Shown here: positions 14,305 through 26,451 of the stretch, piece after piece | Layout: each line of letters starts with the position of its first letter | How positions within the stretch are numbered: position 1 is the first letter of the stretch | From: Mobula hypostoma | Lineage: Eukaryota | Assembly: GCF_963921235.1 (NCBI RefSeq) | Contig: NC_086108.1 | Location: forward strand, 117,368,001-117,432,000 | Length of the DNA: 64,000 nucleotides | Direction of reading: 5' to 3' | Notes under the pieces: generated by a model | Told to the model about the DNA's origin: nothing | Databases searched by the model: none | The model's input: only the letters and a program-made list of their open reading frames with translations | Program-made: the position numbers and the translations under genes

Positions 14305-17300
14305 AAACATAGAACATAGAATAGTACAGCACAGTACAGGCCCTTCAGCCCACAATGTTGTTCCGACCCTCAAACCCTGCCTCCCATATAATATCCCAAT
14401 TTAAATTCCTCCATATATCTGTCTAGAAGTCTCTTAAATTTCACTAGTGTATCTGCCTCCACCACTGACTCAGGCAGTGCATTCCATGCACCAACCACTC
14501 TCTGAGTAAAAAACCTTCCTCTAATATCCCCCATGAACTTCCCACCCCTTACCTTAAAGCCATGTCCTTTTGTATTGAGTAGTGGTGCCCTGGGGAAGAG
14601 GCGCTGGCTGTCCACTCTATCTATTCTTCTTAATATCTTCTACACCTCAGTCATGTCTCTTGTCATCCTCCTTCTCTCCAAAGAGTAAAGCCCTATCTCC
14701 CTTAATCTCTGACCATAATGCATGCTCTCTAAACCAGGCAGCATCCTGGTAAATCTCTTCTGTACGCTTTACAATGCTTCCACATCCTTCCTATAGTGAG
14801 GTGACCAGAACTGGACACAGTATTCCAAGTGTGGCCTAACCAGAGTTTTATAGAGCTGCATCATTACCTCATGACTCTTAAACTCTATCCCTCGACTTAT
14901 GAAAGCTAACACCCCATAAGCTTTCTTAACTACCTTATCTACCTGTGAGGCAACTTTCAGGGATCTGTGAACATGTACCCCAGATCCCACTGCTCCTCCA
15001 CACTACCAAGTAACTTACCATTTACTTTGTACTCTGCCTTGGAGTTCATCCTTCCAAAGTGTACCACCTCACACTTCTCTGGGTTGAACTCTATCTGCCA
15101 CTTCTCAGCCCACTTCTGCATCCTATCAATGTCTCTCTGCAATCTTTGACAATCCTCTACACTATCTACAACACCACCAACCTTTGTGTCGTCTGCAAAC
15201 TTGCCCACCCACCCTTCTACCCCCACATCCAGGTCGTTAATAAAAATCACGAAAAGTAGAGGTCCCAGAACCGATCCTTGTGGGACACCACTAGTCACAA
15301 CCCTCCAATCCTAATGTACTCCTTCCACCAGTTGTGGTGCATGGAGCAATGTGTGTGAATCTATTTGTACAGTCACTTATGAATGGGTTGTTTGTACTCG
15401 CTGAAATTCATCATTCAGATGACTTTATTACATTTCTGTAGGCGAGCCAATTCTGAATCCACCTGGCCAAACTTCCCTGGATCCCATGCCATCTGACTTT
15501 CTAAATAAGCCTACCGTGTGGAATCTTGTCAAATGCCTTACTAAGATCCATATAGATCACATCCACCGCACTACCCTCATCTATATGCCTGGTCACCTCC
15601 TCAAAGAACTCTATCAGGCTTGTTAGACACGATCTGCCCTTCACAAAGCCATGCTGACTGTCCCTGATCAGACCATGTTTCTCTAAATGCTCATAGATCA
15701 TATCTCTAAGAATCTTGTCCAACAGCTTTCCCACCACAGACGTAAGGCTCGCTGGTCTATAATTACCCAGACTATCCCTACTAACTTTTTTGAACAAGGG
15801 GACAACATTTGCCTCCCTCCAATCCTCTGGTACCATTCCTGTGGACAACAAGGACATGAAGATCCTAGCCAGAGGCTCAGCAATCTCTTCTCTCACCTCG
15901 TGGAGCAGCCTGGGGAATATTCCGTCAGGCCCCGGGGTCTTATCCATCCTAATGTATTTAAACAACTCCAACACCTCCTCTCCCTTAATATCAACATGCT
16001 TCAGATCACCAACCTCACTCATATTGTCCTCACTGTCATCAAGTTCGCTCTCATTGGTGAATACCGAAGAGAAGTATTCATTGAGGACCTCGCTCACTTC
16101 CACAGACTCCAGGCACATCTTCCCACCTTTATCTCTAATTCGTCCTACCTTCACTCCTGTCATCCTTTTGTTCTTCACATAATTGAAGAATGCCTTGGGG
16201 TTTTCCTTTACCCTACTCGCCAAGGCCTTCTCATGCCCCCTTCTTGCTCTCCTCAGCCCGTTCTTAAGCTCCTTTCTTGCTACCCTATATTCCTCAATAG
16301 ACCCATCTGATCCTTGCTTCCTAAACCTCATGTATGCTGCCTTCTTCCACCTGACTAGATTTTCCACCTCACTTGTCACCCATGGTTCCTTCACCCTACC
16401 ATTCTTTATCTTCCTCACCGGGGCAAATTTATCCCTAACATCCTGCAAGAGATCCCTAAACATCAACCACACGTCCATAGTACATTTCCCTGCAAAAACA
16501 TCATCCCAATTCACACCCACAAATTCTAGCCTTATAGCCTCATAATTTGTCCTTCCCCAATTAAAAATTTTCCTGTCCTCTCTGATTCTGTCCTTTTCCA
16601 TGATAATGCTAAAGGCCAGGGAGCGGTGGTCACTGTCCCCAGATGCTCACCCACTGAGAGATCTGTGACCTGACCCGGTTCATTACCTAGTACTAGATCT
16701 ACTATGGCATTCCCCCAATTGGCCTGTCAACATACTGTGACAGGAATCCATCCTGGACACACTTAACAAACTCTGCCCCATCTAAACCCTTGGAACTAAT
16801 CAGGTGCCAATCAATATTAGGGAAGTTAAAGTCACCCATGATAACAATCCTCTTATTTTTGCACCTTTCCAAAATCTGCCTCCCAATCTGCTCCTCTGTA
16901 TCTCTGCTGCTACCAGGGGGCCTATAGAATACCCCCAGTAGAGTAACTGCTCCCTTCCTGTTCCTGACTTCCACCCATATTGACTCAAAAGAGGATCCTG
17001 CTACGTTACCCACCCTTTCTGTAGCTGTAATAGTATCCCTGACCAGTAATACCACCCCTCCTCCCCTTCCCCCACCGCTCTATCCCTTTTAAAGTACTAT
17101 TCCAGGAATATTGAGAATCCATTCCTGCCCTGGTGCCAGCCAAGTCTCTGTATTGGCCACGACATCATAATTCCATGTTTGTATCCAAGCTCTCAGTTCA
17201 TCACCTTTGTTCCTGATGCTTCTTGCATTGAGGTACACACATTTCAGCCCTTCTACCTTACTGTCTTTACACCATTTATTCTGCTTCTCTTTCCTCAAAG

Positions 17301-17776
17301 CCTCTCTGTATGTTAGATCTGGCTTTACTCCATGCACTTCTTTCACTGCTCTATCGCTCCAAGTCCCATCCCCCTTGCAAATTAGTTTAAACACTCGCGA
17401 ACCATGCCAGCAAACCTACCTGCAAGGATATTGCTCCCCCTTGAGTTCAGGTGCAACCCATCCAATCTGTACAGGTCCCACCTTCCCCAGAAGAGATCCC
17501 AATGATCCAAAAATCTAAAACTCTGCCCCCTGCACCAACTCCTCAGCCACGCATTCAACTGCCATCTCCTCCAATTCTTACCATCTCTGTCACGTAGCAC
17601 TGGCAGCAATCCTGAGAACGCCACCCTTGAGGTCCTGTTCTTCAGCCTTCTGCCTAATTCCCGAAACTCACACTTCAGGACCTCATCCCTCTTCCTGCCT
17701 ATGTCGTTGGTCCCAACATGTATCACGACTTCTGGTTGCTTTCCCTCTCATACCAGGATGTCGTGCACCTGGTCAG
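14305..17776 (-). mobile_element. Relatively young, long CR1 LINE: ORF1 SGNH esterase part, APE endonuclease, RT and 3' tail; frameshifted
   Basis: HVGTND...DGLHLN (17382-17726), YLNARSIRNK (17089-17394), FYRPP...MGDFNFP (16702-17055), a 366-aa ORF at 15501-16601 and GVPQGSVLGP...FADDTK (14957-15298). Reverse tail aacatagaacatagaa at ~14306. Confidence 0.92.
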
Positions 17777-19217
17777 TTTAAAGAGTAAGAGCTGATATCG
17801 GACCACTGGAAAATGATGATGAGGTAGTAATGGGGGACAAAGAAATGCCAGATGAACTTAATAAGAATCTTGCATTTTTCTTCACTGTGGAAGACACTAG
17901 CTGTGTGCCAGAGGTCCATGAGTGTCAGGAAGCAGGAGTGAGTGTCATTGCTATTACAAAGAAAAAGGTGCCAGGCAAACTGAAAGGTTTTAAGGTGGAC
18001 AAGTCACCTGGACCAGATGGACAACATCCCAGAGTCCTGAGAGAGGTTGCTGAAGAGTTAACAGATGCATTGGTCACGATCTTTCAAGAATCTCTTCATT
18101 CTGGCATGGTCCTGGAGGACTGAAAAATTGCAAATGTCACTCCACTCTTTAAGAAGGCAGAAGGACAAAAGAAAGGAAATTATAGGCCAGTTAGCCTAAC
18201 CTCTGTGGTTGGGAAAATGTTGGAGTCCATTATTAAGGATGAGGTTTCAAGGTACTTGGAGACTGATGATAAAATAAGTCAATTTCAGTATGGTTTCTTT
18301 AAACGGAAATCTTTCCTGATGAATCTGTTAGAGTTCTTCAAGGAACTAACAAGCAGAGTAGAGAAAGGAGAGGCAGTGGGTGTCATTAACTTGGATTTAC
18401 AGAAGGCATTTGATAAGGTGCCACACATGAGGCTGCTTAAAAAGATAAAATGCTGTGTCATTACAGGAAAGATACTGGCATGGATAGAGGAATGGCTGAC
18501 AGGCAGGAGGCAGCGAATTGGAATAAAAGAGACCTCTTGTGCTTGACTGCTGGTGACCAATGGTGTTCCTCAGGGGTCAGTATTGGGACCACTGCTTTTC
18601 ACATTGTTTGTCAATGATTTAGATAATGGAATTGATGGCTTTGTGGCAAAGTTTGCAGACGATACAAAGATAGGTGGAGGGGTAGGTAGTGCTGAGGAAG
18701 CAATGTGATTGCAGCAGGACTTAGACAAATTGGAAGAATGGGCAAAAAGGTGGCAGATGGAATGGACTGTTGGGAAATGTATGATAATGCATTTTGGTAA
18801 AAGGAACAATTGTGCGGACTATTATCTGAATGGGGAGAGGTTTCAAACATCAGAAGTGCAGAGGCTCTTGCAAAGTCCTTGTGCAAGACTTCCAGAAGAT
18901 TAATTTACAGGTTGTGTCTGCGGTAAAGAAGGCAAATCCAATTTTTCAAGGGGAATAGAATATAAAAGCAAGGAGATAATCCTGAGCCTTTATAAGACAC
19001 TAGTCAGGCCGCACTGGGAATATTGTCAACCGTTCTGGGCCCCATATCTCAGAAGGGATGTGTTGTCATTGGAGAGAGTCCAGAGGAGGTGCATGAGGAT
19101 GATTCCGGGAATGAAAAGGTTATCATATGAAGAGCCTTTGGTAGCTTTGGGCTTGTACTCAATGGAATTTAGAAGAATGTGCGGGGATGTCACTGAAACC
19201 TACTGAATGTTGAAAGG

Positions 19218-19387
19218 CAAACAACAGGAATTCTGCAGATGCTGGAAATTCAAGCAACATACATCAAAGTTGCTGGTGAACGCAGCAGGCCAGGCAGCAT
19301 CTATAGGAAGAGGCGCAGTCGACGTTTCAGGCCGAGACCCTTCGTCAGGACTAACTGAAGGAAGAGTGAGTAAGAGTGAGTAAGAGA
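19218..19387 (-). mobile_element. 170-bp non-coding Penelope-family 3' end carrying a hammerhead motif
   Basis: Matches the reverse complement of ~63756-63911. A 13-bp TSD GAATGTTGAAAGG lies at 19205-19217 and 19388-19400 inside a CR1. Confidence 0.88.
19316..19353 (-). ncRNA. Minimal type I hammerhead ribozyme motif (intact core)
   Basis: Reverse complement reads TAGTC-CTGACGA-A-GGGT(CTCG)GCCT-GAAAC-GTC-GACTG. Confidence 0.78.
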
Positions 19388-19759
19388 GAATGTTGAAAGG
19401 ACTTGATAGGGTGGATGTGGAGACGATGTTTCCTATGATGGGGGTATCCAGAACTAGTGGGCACAGCCTCAAAATTGAGGGGCAACCCTTGAAAACAGAG
19501 GTAAGAAGGATTTTTTTTTAGCCAGAGAGTAGTAAATCTGTGGTATGCTCTGTCGCAGACGGCCGTGGAGGCTGTCTGTGCGTATATTTAAAGTAGAAAT
19601 TGATCGTTTCCTGATCGGTCAGGGCATCAAAGGATATGTCGAGAAGGCAGGTGTAAGGAGTTGAGTGGGATCTGATAGCAGCCATGATGGAATGGTGGAG
19701 CAAACTCAATAGGCCGAATGGTCTAATTATGGTCCTATTTCTCGTGGTCTTATAACCTT

Positions 19760-20060
19760 AAAAACCTCTGTCAGATCTTTCAGCTTCTTTCACTCCAAAG
19801 AAAACAAACCAAGTTTGTCTGCCTTGTCAATATAGCACATGCCTCTAATCCAGGCAGCACTCTTCTGCACTCTCTCCAAGGCCACGACATCCTTCCTATA
19901 GTGGGACATCCAGAATTGTATGCAGTAATCTAGATGCAGCCTAATGAGAATTGAATATAATTTCCTGTCTTTTGACCTCAATGCCTCAGTGAGTAATGGC
20001 AGGCATGCCACGTGCCTCGTAACAGCCCAGCCCTGTCAATGTGCACAGCCGCTTTTGGGA
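19760..20060 (-). mobile_element. Old CR1 fragment
   Basis: LYSILIRLHLDYCIQFWMSHYRKDVVALERVQ (ORF 19790-20011). Confidence 0.7.
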
Positions 20061-20609
20061 GCTGTGAACTCTGCACATCAACACGGGCTCCCTGATGATG
20101 GATGCACGTGGAAAAATACAGTGAAATGTGTCACTTGGGTTAACAAAGGAGCCCTCAAGTGTCGTCACACATTTCCAGCACCAAAATCACATGCCAACAA
20201 CGTTGAGCAGAACACAAAGAACAACAACACAACAAAGCAAACAAGACAATAACAGCAAGACAGGTCACCTTTCCTTCCCTAACACCTGGCCATTCGCTCT
20301 CTGACACACCGACCGACTGACAAACATTTCTTCAGGCCTTCAAGTCGCTTTCCACCTCACTTTTCCTCCTTCTTACTCCCTCACATACCAACAGGCCTCC
20401 AACATTTCAGCAGGGGAGATAGGGCCTGGCGCAGATCTGCAGTGGTTACATTGAGTGGTGGGACAGCACTGAGGGGCCAAGTGACCTCTTCTGTGCCCAT
20501 GATCTTATGTTCTTGAGAAACCCATGTGGCTGCAGGGAGAGAACCTTACAGCTTGAGAAAGCAGTGGGTGTCAAGAGAGGGCTGGGTGTGGAGAGAGAGA
20601 GAATGATGA

Positions 20610-21591
<982 letters not shown>

Positions 21592-21890
21592 CTGGTGAAA
21601 GCCTCCAAAAACAAAATAAGATTTTCAAACCTTCCTTTTCCTGTTGTGAGTCGTTAGTAAAATAATGCCAAGGCTTTTAACAAATCTGTATGTAAACAGT
21701 GTGACAGTTCCCATCTTAGAATGGCTGCTCTACTGGAGAAACATTCTGTCCCTTTACCGTAGACAAGGAAACTTCAGTAAAACCCACGATAATCCAGTGT
21801 GTTTGAGACTTTGGTGAATGTGGTCTTGGCTGCTGAACCAAGTAATGCAACAACTTGCAGATATACACACTTTTAATTCACTTTTTCACA

Positions 21891-21896
21891 ATTAAA
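21891..21896 (+). terminator. Candidate polyadenylation signal (ATTAAA) of the OLFM3-like gene
   Basis: Common-variant hexamer 300 nt after the stop codon and just before the satellite begins. No transcript evidence. Confidence 0.35.
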
Positions 21897-23621
21897 TAGC
21901 AGCATAATACATTTCCAAGACAACACAGTGAGGCTGGGAAATGGAATCCCAATGGTGTGCACAGGAAATGGAACCACGCGAAGAGACTGAGTGGGAGCTT
22001 GATGACTGTAAAGGGAGTGGAGCCATAGCAAGTTTAAAGGCTCTGCGTGAAACAGCCCAGCTCAGGTTAAAACCATAGGAAATTGGGCTCTGTCGTGTGT
22101 AAAATGAGTGTGGGAAGTGGGGAACTAGTGTGTTTAAAGGGAGTGTGTAAATAGGAAGCCAGTGTGTTTAAAGGGAGTGTGGGAAATGGGGAGCCAGTGT
22201 ATTTACAAGGAGTGTGGGAGACAGGGAGCCAGTGTGTTTAAAGGGAGTGTGGGAAACAGGGAGCCAGTGTATTTACAGGGAGTGTGGGAAACAGGGAGCC
22301 AGTGTATTTACAGGGAGTGTGGGAGACAGGGAGCCAGTGTGTTTAAAGGCAGTGTGCTTCCCTAACACAGAGCCAGTATGTTCAAAGGAGCTGTGCGAAA
22401 TAGGGAGCCTGTGTGTTTAAACGGGGTGTGGGAAACAAGGAGCCAGAGTGGTAAAAGGAGTGTGGAAAAGAAGGAATCAGTGTGATAACAGGAGTGTGTG
22501 GGGTTTAGGGAGTCATTGTGTTTAAAAGGAGTGTGGGAAAGAGGGATCTAATGTGTTTAAAGGGCGTGAGGGAAACAGAGAGTGAGTGTGTTAAGGTGAG
22601 TGTGGGAAACAGGGTAGCAGTGTGTTTCAAATGAATGTGATGAACAGCGAGTCAATTTGTTTAAAGGGAGTGTCAGCAATGGTGGGGCTGTGTGTTTAAA
22701 GGGAGTGTAGGAAACAGGGAGTCAGTGTGTTTACAGCGAGTGTGGGGAACGGGGAGCCAGTGTGTTTAAAGGGAGTGTGGGAAACAGGGAGTCAAGTGTT
22801 TAAAGGGAGTGTAGGAAACAGAGTCAGAGTGTTTAAAGGGAATGTGAGAAACGGAGCCAGTGTGTTTAAAGGGAGTGTGGGAAACAGCAGCCAGTGTGTT
22901 TAAAAGATGTGAGGGGAACAAGGATTCAGTGTGTTTAAAACTGCAAAATTGGGAGCCAGTGTGTTTAAAGGGAGTGTGGGGAACAGAGACCTGCTGCATT
23001 TAAAATGAGTGTGGGAAACAGGAAGTCAGTCTATTTAGGGAATGCAGGAAACCAAGCCAGTGTATTTACAGAGAGTGTGGATAACAGAGACCCAGTGTGT
23101 TTAAAATGTGTGAGGGAAATAAGGAGCCAGTGTATTTAAAAATGTGGGAAACTGTGACCCAATGTGTTTAAAGGGATTGTGGGGAACACGGAGACAGTGT
23201 GATAAAGGGAGTGTGGAAACAGGGAGTCAGTGTGTTTAAAGGGGTTGTGGGCAACCGGGAGCCAGTGTGTTGAAAAGGAGTGTAGGCAACAGGGAGTCAC
23301 TGTGTTTAAAGGGCTTGTAGAAAACAGAGCCACTGTATGTTTAAAGTGAAAGGTGCAAACACAGATCAAGTGTGTTTAAACAAAGTGTGGATAACCGGGA
23401 GCCAGAATGTTTAAAGGTGTTGTGGGTAACTGGGAGCCAGTGTGATAAAGGGATCGTGGGGAACCAGAAGCCAGTGTGTTTAAAGCAGTTGTGAGGAACT
23501 GGGAGCCAGTGTGATAAAGGGGTTGTGGGGAACCAGGAGCCAGTGTGTTTAAAGGGGTTATGGGGAACAGGGAGCCAGTGTGATAAAGGGAATGTGGGGA
23601 TTGTGAAGCCAGTGTGTTGAT

Positions 23622-24150
23622 GGTTGGTTGGTTGTTCGTCCATTGTTGACGTCGATGAGGACCTCGACACCATTATGACAGTGTCGAGACTAGCGCGTGA
23701 TTTGGATTTAAGTGAGGGAGAGTTGCGCAGCGTCAGCCTCACTCTCTCTTCCCAATTCCCATCTGGATCCAGTGGTAAGACAGAGTCTAGACGGCTGGAG
23801 ATGGGACTAGGCGCAGAGGATGACCAGGACGTCTTCTGTGTCTTTCCTGCTCTACACGTTCCACGACGCTTGCAGAGACCGCCTTCTTGACCATTGGACC
23901 TTCCATTGGTCTCGTCCACTCAATCCACCGGAGACTGTCTTCACATGCTGGGATAGACAACTCCCTATCTCACCGAGGGTTTGAGACCCGTCGGCTACCC
24001 TCACCTGGTTTAGCCGGCTTATCGAAGCCGTTGCCCGGGGTGTGGCCGCTGTTGCATGCAAACAGCTACGGGGAGCCACAGGTGAGAGCTGAGTGCCAGG
24101 TGGGGACCAAAGGTGGACTAACCGCCCTGAAAAGGACGCGACATGTTGAT
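23622..24150 (-). mobile_element. ORF-less RTE-type SINE/non-autonomous element inserted in the satellite
   Basis: 11-bp TSD AGTGTGTTGAT at 23611-23621 and 24151-24161, and a minus-strand tail ...GGACGAACAACCAACCAACC. The body resembles recalled RTE-derived marsupial repeats; not database-checked. Confidence 0.65.
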
Positions 24151-24394
24151 AGTGTGTTGATAGGGAATGTTGGAAACAGCGAGTCTGTGTGTTTAAAGCG
24201 AGAGGTGCAAACATGCAGCCAGTGTGGGATCAGGGCATCATTGTGTTTAAAGAATGTCAGGGAAACAAGGATCCAGCGTGTTTAAAACTGTGAGAAACAG
24301 GGAGCCAGTGTGTTTCAAGAAAGTGTCAGAAACAGGGTGTCAGTGTGTTAAAGGGAGTGTGGGAAACAGGGAGTCTGTGTGTTTGAAGGGATCA

Positions 24395-25219
24395 AATTGA
24401 AATGAATTGAATTCACTTGATTACTTATATCCTTCATATATATGAATAAAAATCTTTACGTTATGTCTCTGTCTAAATGTGCAATGGATAGTAATTTGTA
24501 AAAAATAATATATAAAACAGGGCAGTCAATATAACATAGAAATACAATTGTATCAGCATGAGTTAATCAGTCTGATGCCCTGGTGGGAGAAGCTGTCCCA
24601 GAGCCTGTTAGTCCTGGCTTTAATGCTGCGGTACTGTTTCCTGGATGGTAGCAGCTGGAACAGTTTGTGGTTGGGATGACTCAGGTCCCCAATGATCCTT
24701 TGGGCCATTTTTACGCATCTGTCGCTGTAAATGTCCTGAATAGTGGAAAGTTCACATCTACAGTTGCACTGGGCTGTCTGCACCACTCTCTGCAGATTGA
24801 GGGAAATACAGTTCCCATACCAGGCAGTGATGCAGCCAGTCAGGATGCTCTCAATTGTGCCCCTGTAGAAAGTTATTAGGATTTAGGGATTCATGCCAAA
24901 CTTCTTCAACCATCTGTGGTGAAAGAGACGCTGTTGTGCTTTTTCACCACACAGCCGGTATGTACAGACTATGTGAGATATTTGGTGATGGGTATGCCAA
25001 GGAACTTAAAGCTGCTCACCCTGTCAACCCCAGATCCATTGATGTCAATAGGGGTTAGCCCACAACTAGCTCTTTTGTTCTTGTGACATTCAGGGAGAGG
25101 TTGTTTTCTTGACCCCACTGTAGGCTGAGATTAGGCCAATCAGTATAGTGTCATCAGCAAATCTAATTAGCAGATTGGAGCTGTGGGTGGCGATACAGTC
25201 ATGAGTATACAGAGAGTAC
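24395..25219 (-). mobile_element. Rex1/Babar-type LINE 3' fragment
   Basis: ORF 24553-24786 reads ...SHPNHKLFQLLPSRKQYRSIKARTNRLWDSF...IRLIN. An LYSLYTHDC/ADDT remnant lies near 25150-25219, with a (TTCAA)-like tail at ~24395-24412. Confidence 0.78.
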
Positions 25220-25624
25220 CAGGACCCACAAATTTAAAGGGAATGTGAGAAACAGAGTGTCAGGAATAGGGGGTCACTGTGTTTAAATGGAGTGTAGGAA
25301 ACAGGGAGTTTGTGTGTTTAAAGGGGGACATGGAAACAGGGAGTCAATATGTTTAAACGGAGTGTTGGAAACTGGATTTCAATGTGTTTCAAGGGAATGT
25401 GGTAAAGAGGGATCCGTGTGTCTAAAGGTGGACAGGGAAACAGGGAGTCAGTGTGTTTAAAGGGAGTTTGGGGGAAAATGAGCCAGTTTGTTCAAAGGTG
25501 TGGGGAACAGAGACCCAGTGTTCGTCAAGAGAGTGTGGGAAACAGACCCAGTGTAATAATGAGCAACACACATAAAAGTTGCTGGTGAACGCAGCAGGCC
25601 AGGCAGCATCTCTAGGAAGAGGTA

Positions 25625-25662
25625 CAGTCGACGTTTCAGGCCGAGATCCTTCGTTAGGACTA
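25625..25662 (-). ncRNA. Hammerhead motif with mutated core (CTAACGA, G5A), predicted inactive
   Basis: Reverse complement reads TAGTC-CTAACGA-A-GGAT(CTCG)GCCT-GAAAC-GTC-GACTG. Confidence 0.65.
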
Positions 25663-26413
25663 ACTGAAGGAATAGCTAGTAAGAGATTTGAAAGTGGGAG
25701 GGGGAGGGGGAGATCCAAAATGATAGGAGAAGACAGGAGGGGGAGGGATGGAGCCAAGAGCTGGACAGATGATTGGCAAAAGGGACATGAGAGGATCATG
25801 GGACAGGAGGTCCAGGGAGAAGGAAAAGGGGGAGGAGGAAGCCCAGAGGATGGGCAAGGGGTATAGTCAGAGGGAGAAAAAGGAGAGAGAGAGAGAGAGA
25901 AAAAGAATGTGTGTATATAAATAAATAAATAACAGATGGGGTACGAGGCCACACGTTTTAATTCCACATCCCATTCCCATTCTGACATGTCTATCCATGG
26001 CCTCCTCTACTGTGAAGATGAAGCCACACTCAGGTTGGAGGAACAACACCTTATATTCCATCTGGGTAGCCTCCAACCTGATGGCATGAACATTGGCTTC
26101 TCAAACTTCCGCTAATGCCCCACCTCCCCCTCGTACCCCATCCGTTATTTCTTTATGTATACACATTCTTTTTCTCTCTTTCCTTTTTCTCCCTCTGTCC
26201 CTCTCACTATACCCCTTGCCCATCCTCTGGGCTTCCTCCCCCTCCCCCCTTTCATTCTCCCTGGGCCTCCTGTCCCATGATCCTCTCATGTCCCTTTTGC
26301 CAATCATCTGTCCAGCTCTTGGCTCCATCCCTCCCCCTCCTGTGCTCTCCTATCATTTTGGATCTCCCCCTCCCCCTCCCACTTTCAAATCTCTTACTAG
26401 CTCTTCTTTCAGT

Positions 26414-26451
26414 TAGTCCTGACGAAGGGTCTCGGCCCGAAACGTCGACTG
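26414..26451 (+). ncRNA. Minimal type I hammerhead ribozyme motif (best-preserved copy)
   Basis: TAGTC-CTGACGA-A-GGGT(CTCG)GCCC-GAAAC-GTC-GACTG; predicted cleavage after C26446. Confidence 0.8.

Larger units (their letters stand above)
13925..19753 (+). mobile_element. CR1 LINE ORF2 and 3' end (13925-14304 joined to 17777-19753), split by two younger insertions
   Basis: ORFs 17830-18123 (KVDKSPGPDGQHPRVLRE), 18205-18546 (DLQKAFDKVPH) and 18709-18903. The sequence continues collinearly across the 14305-17776 insert. Confidence 0.8.

Noticed and set aside
15687..16545. Long plus-strand ORFs (207, 130, 120 aa) and similar shadow ORFs elsewhere
   Set aside because: They are antisense frames of CR1 ORF2 or low-complexity Penelope 3' sequence, with no recognisable domains.
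17382..17726. SGNH/GDSL esterase as a host enzyme gene
   Set aside because: It lies directly upstream of a CR1 endonuclease-RT, and an esterase domain is a known part of CR1 ORF1.
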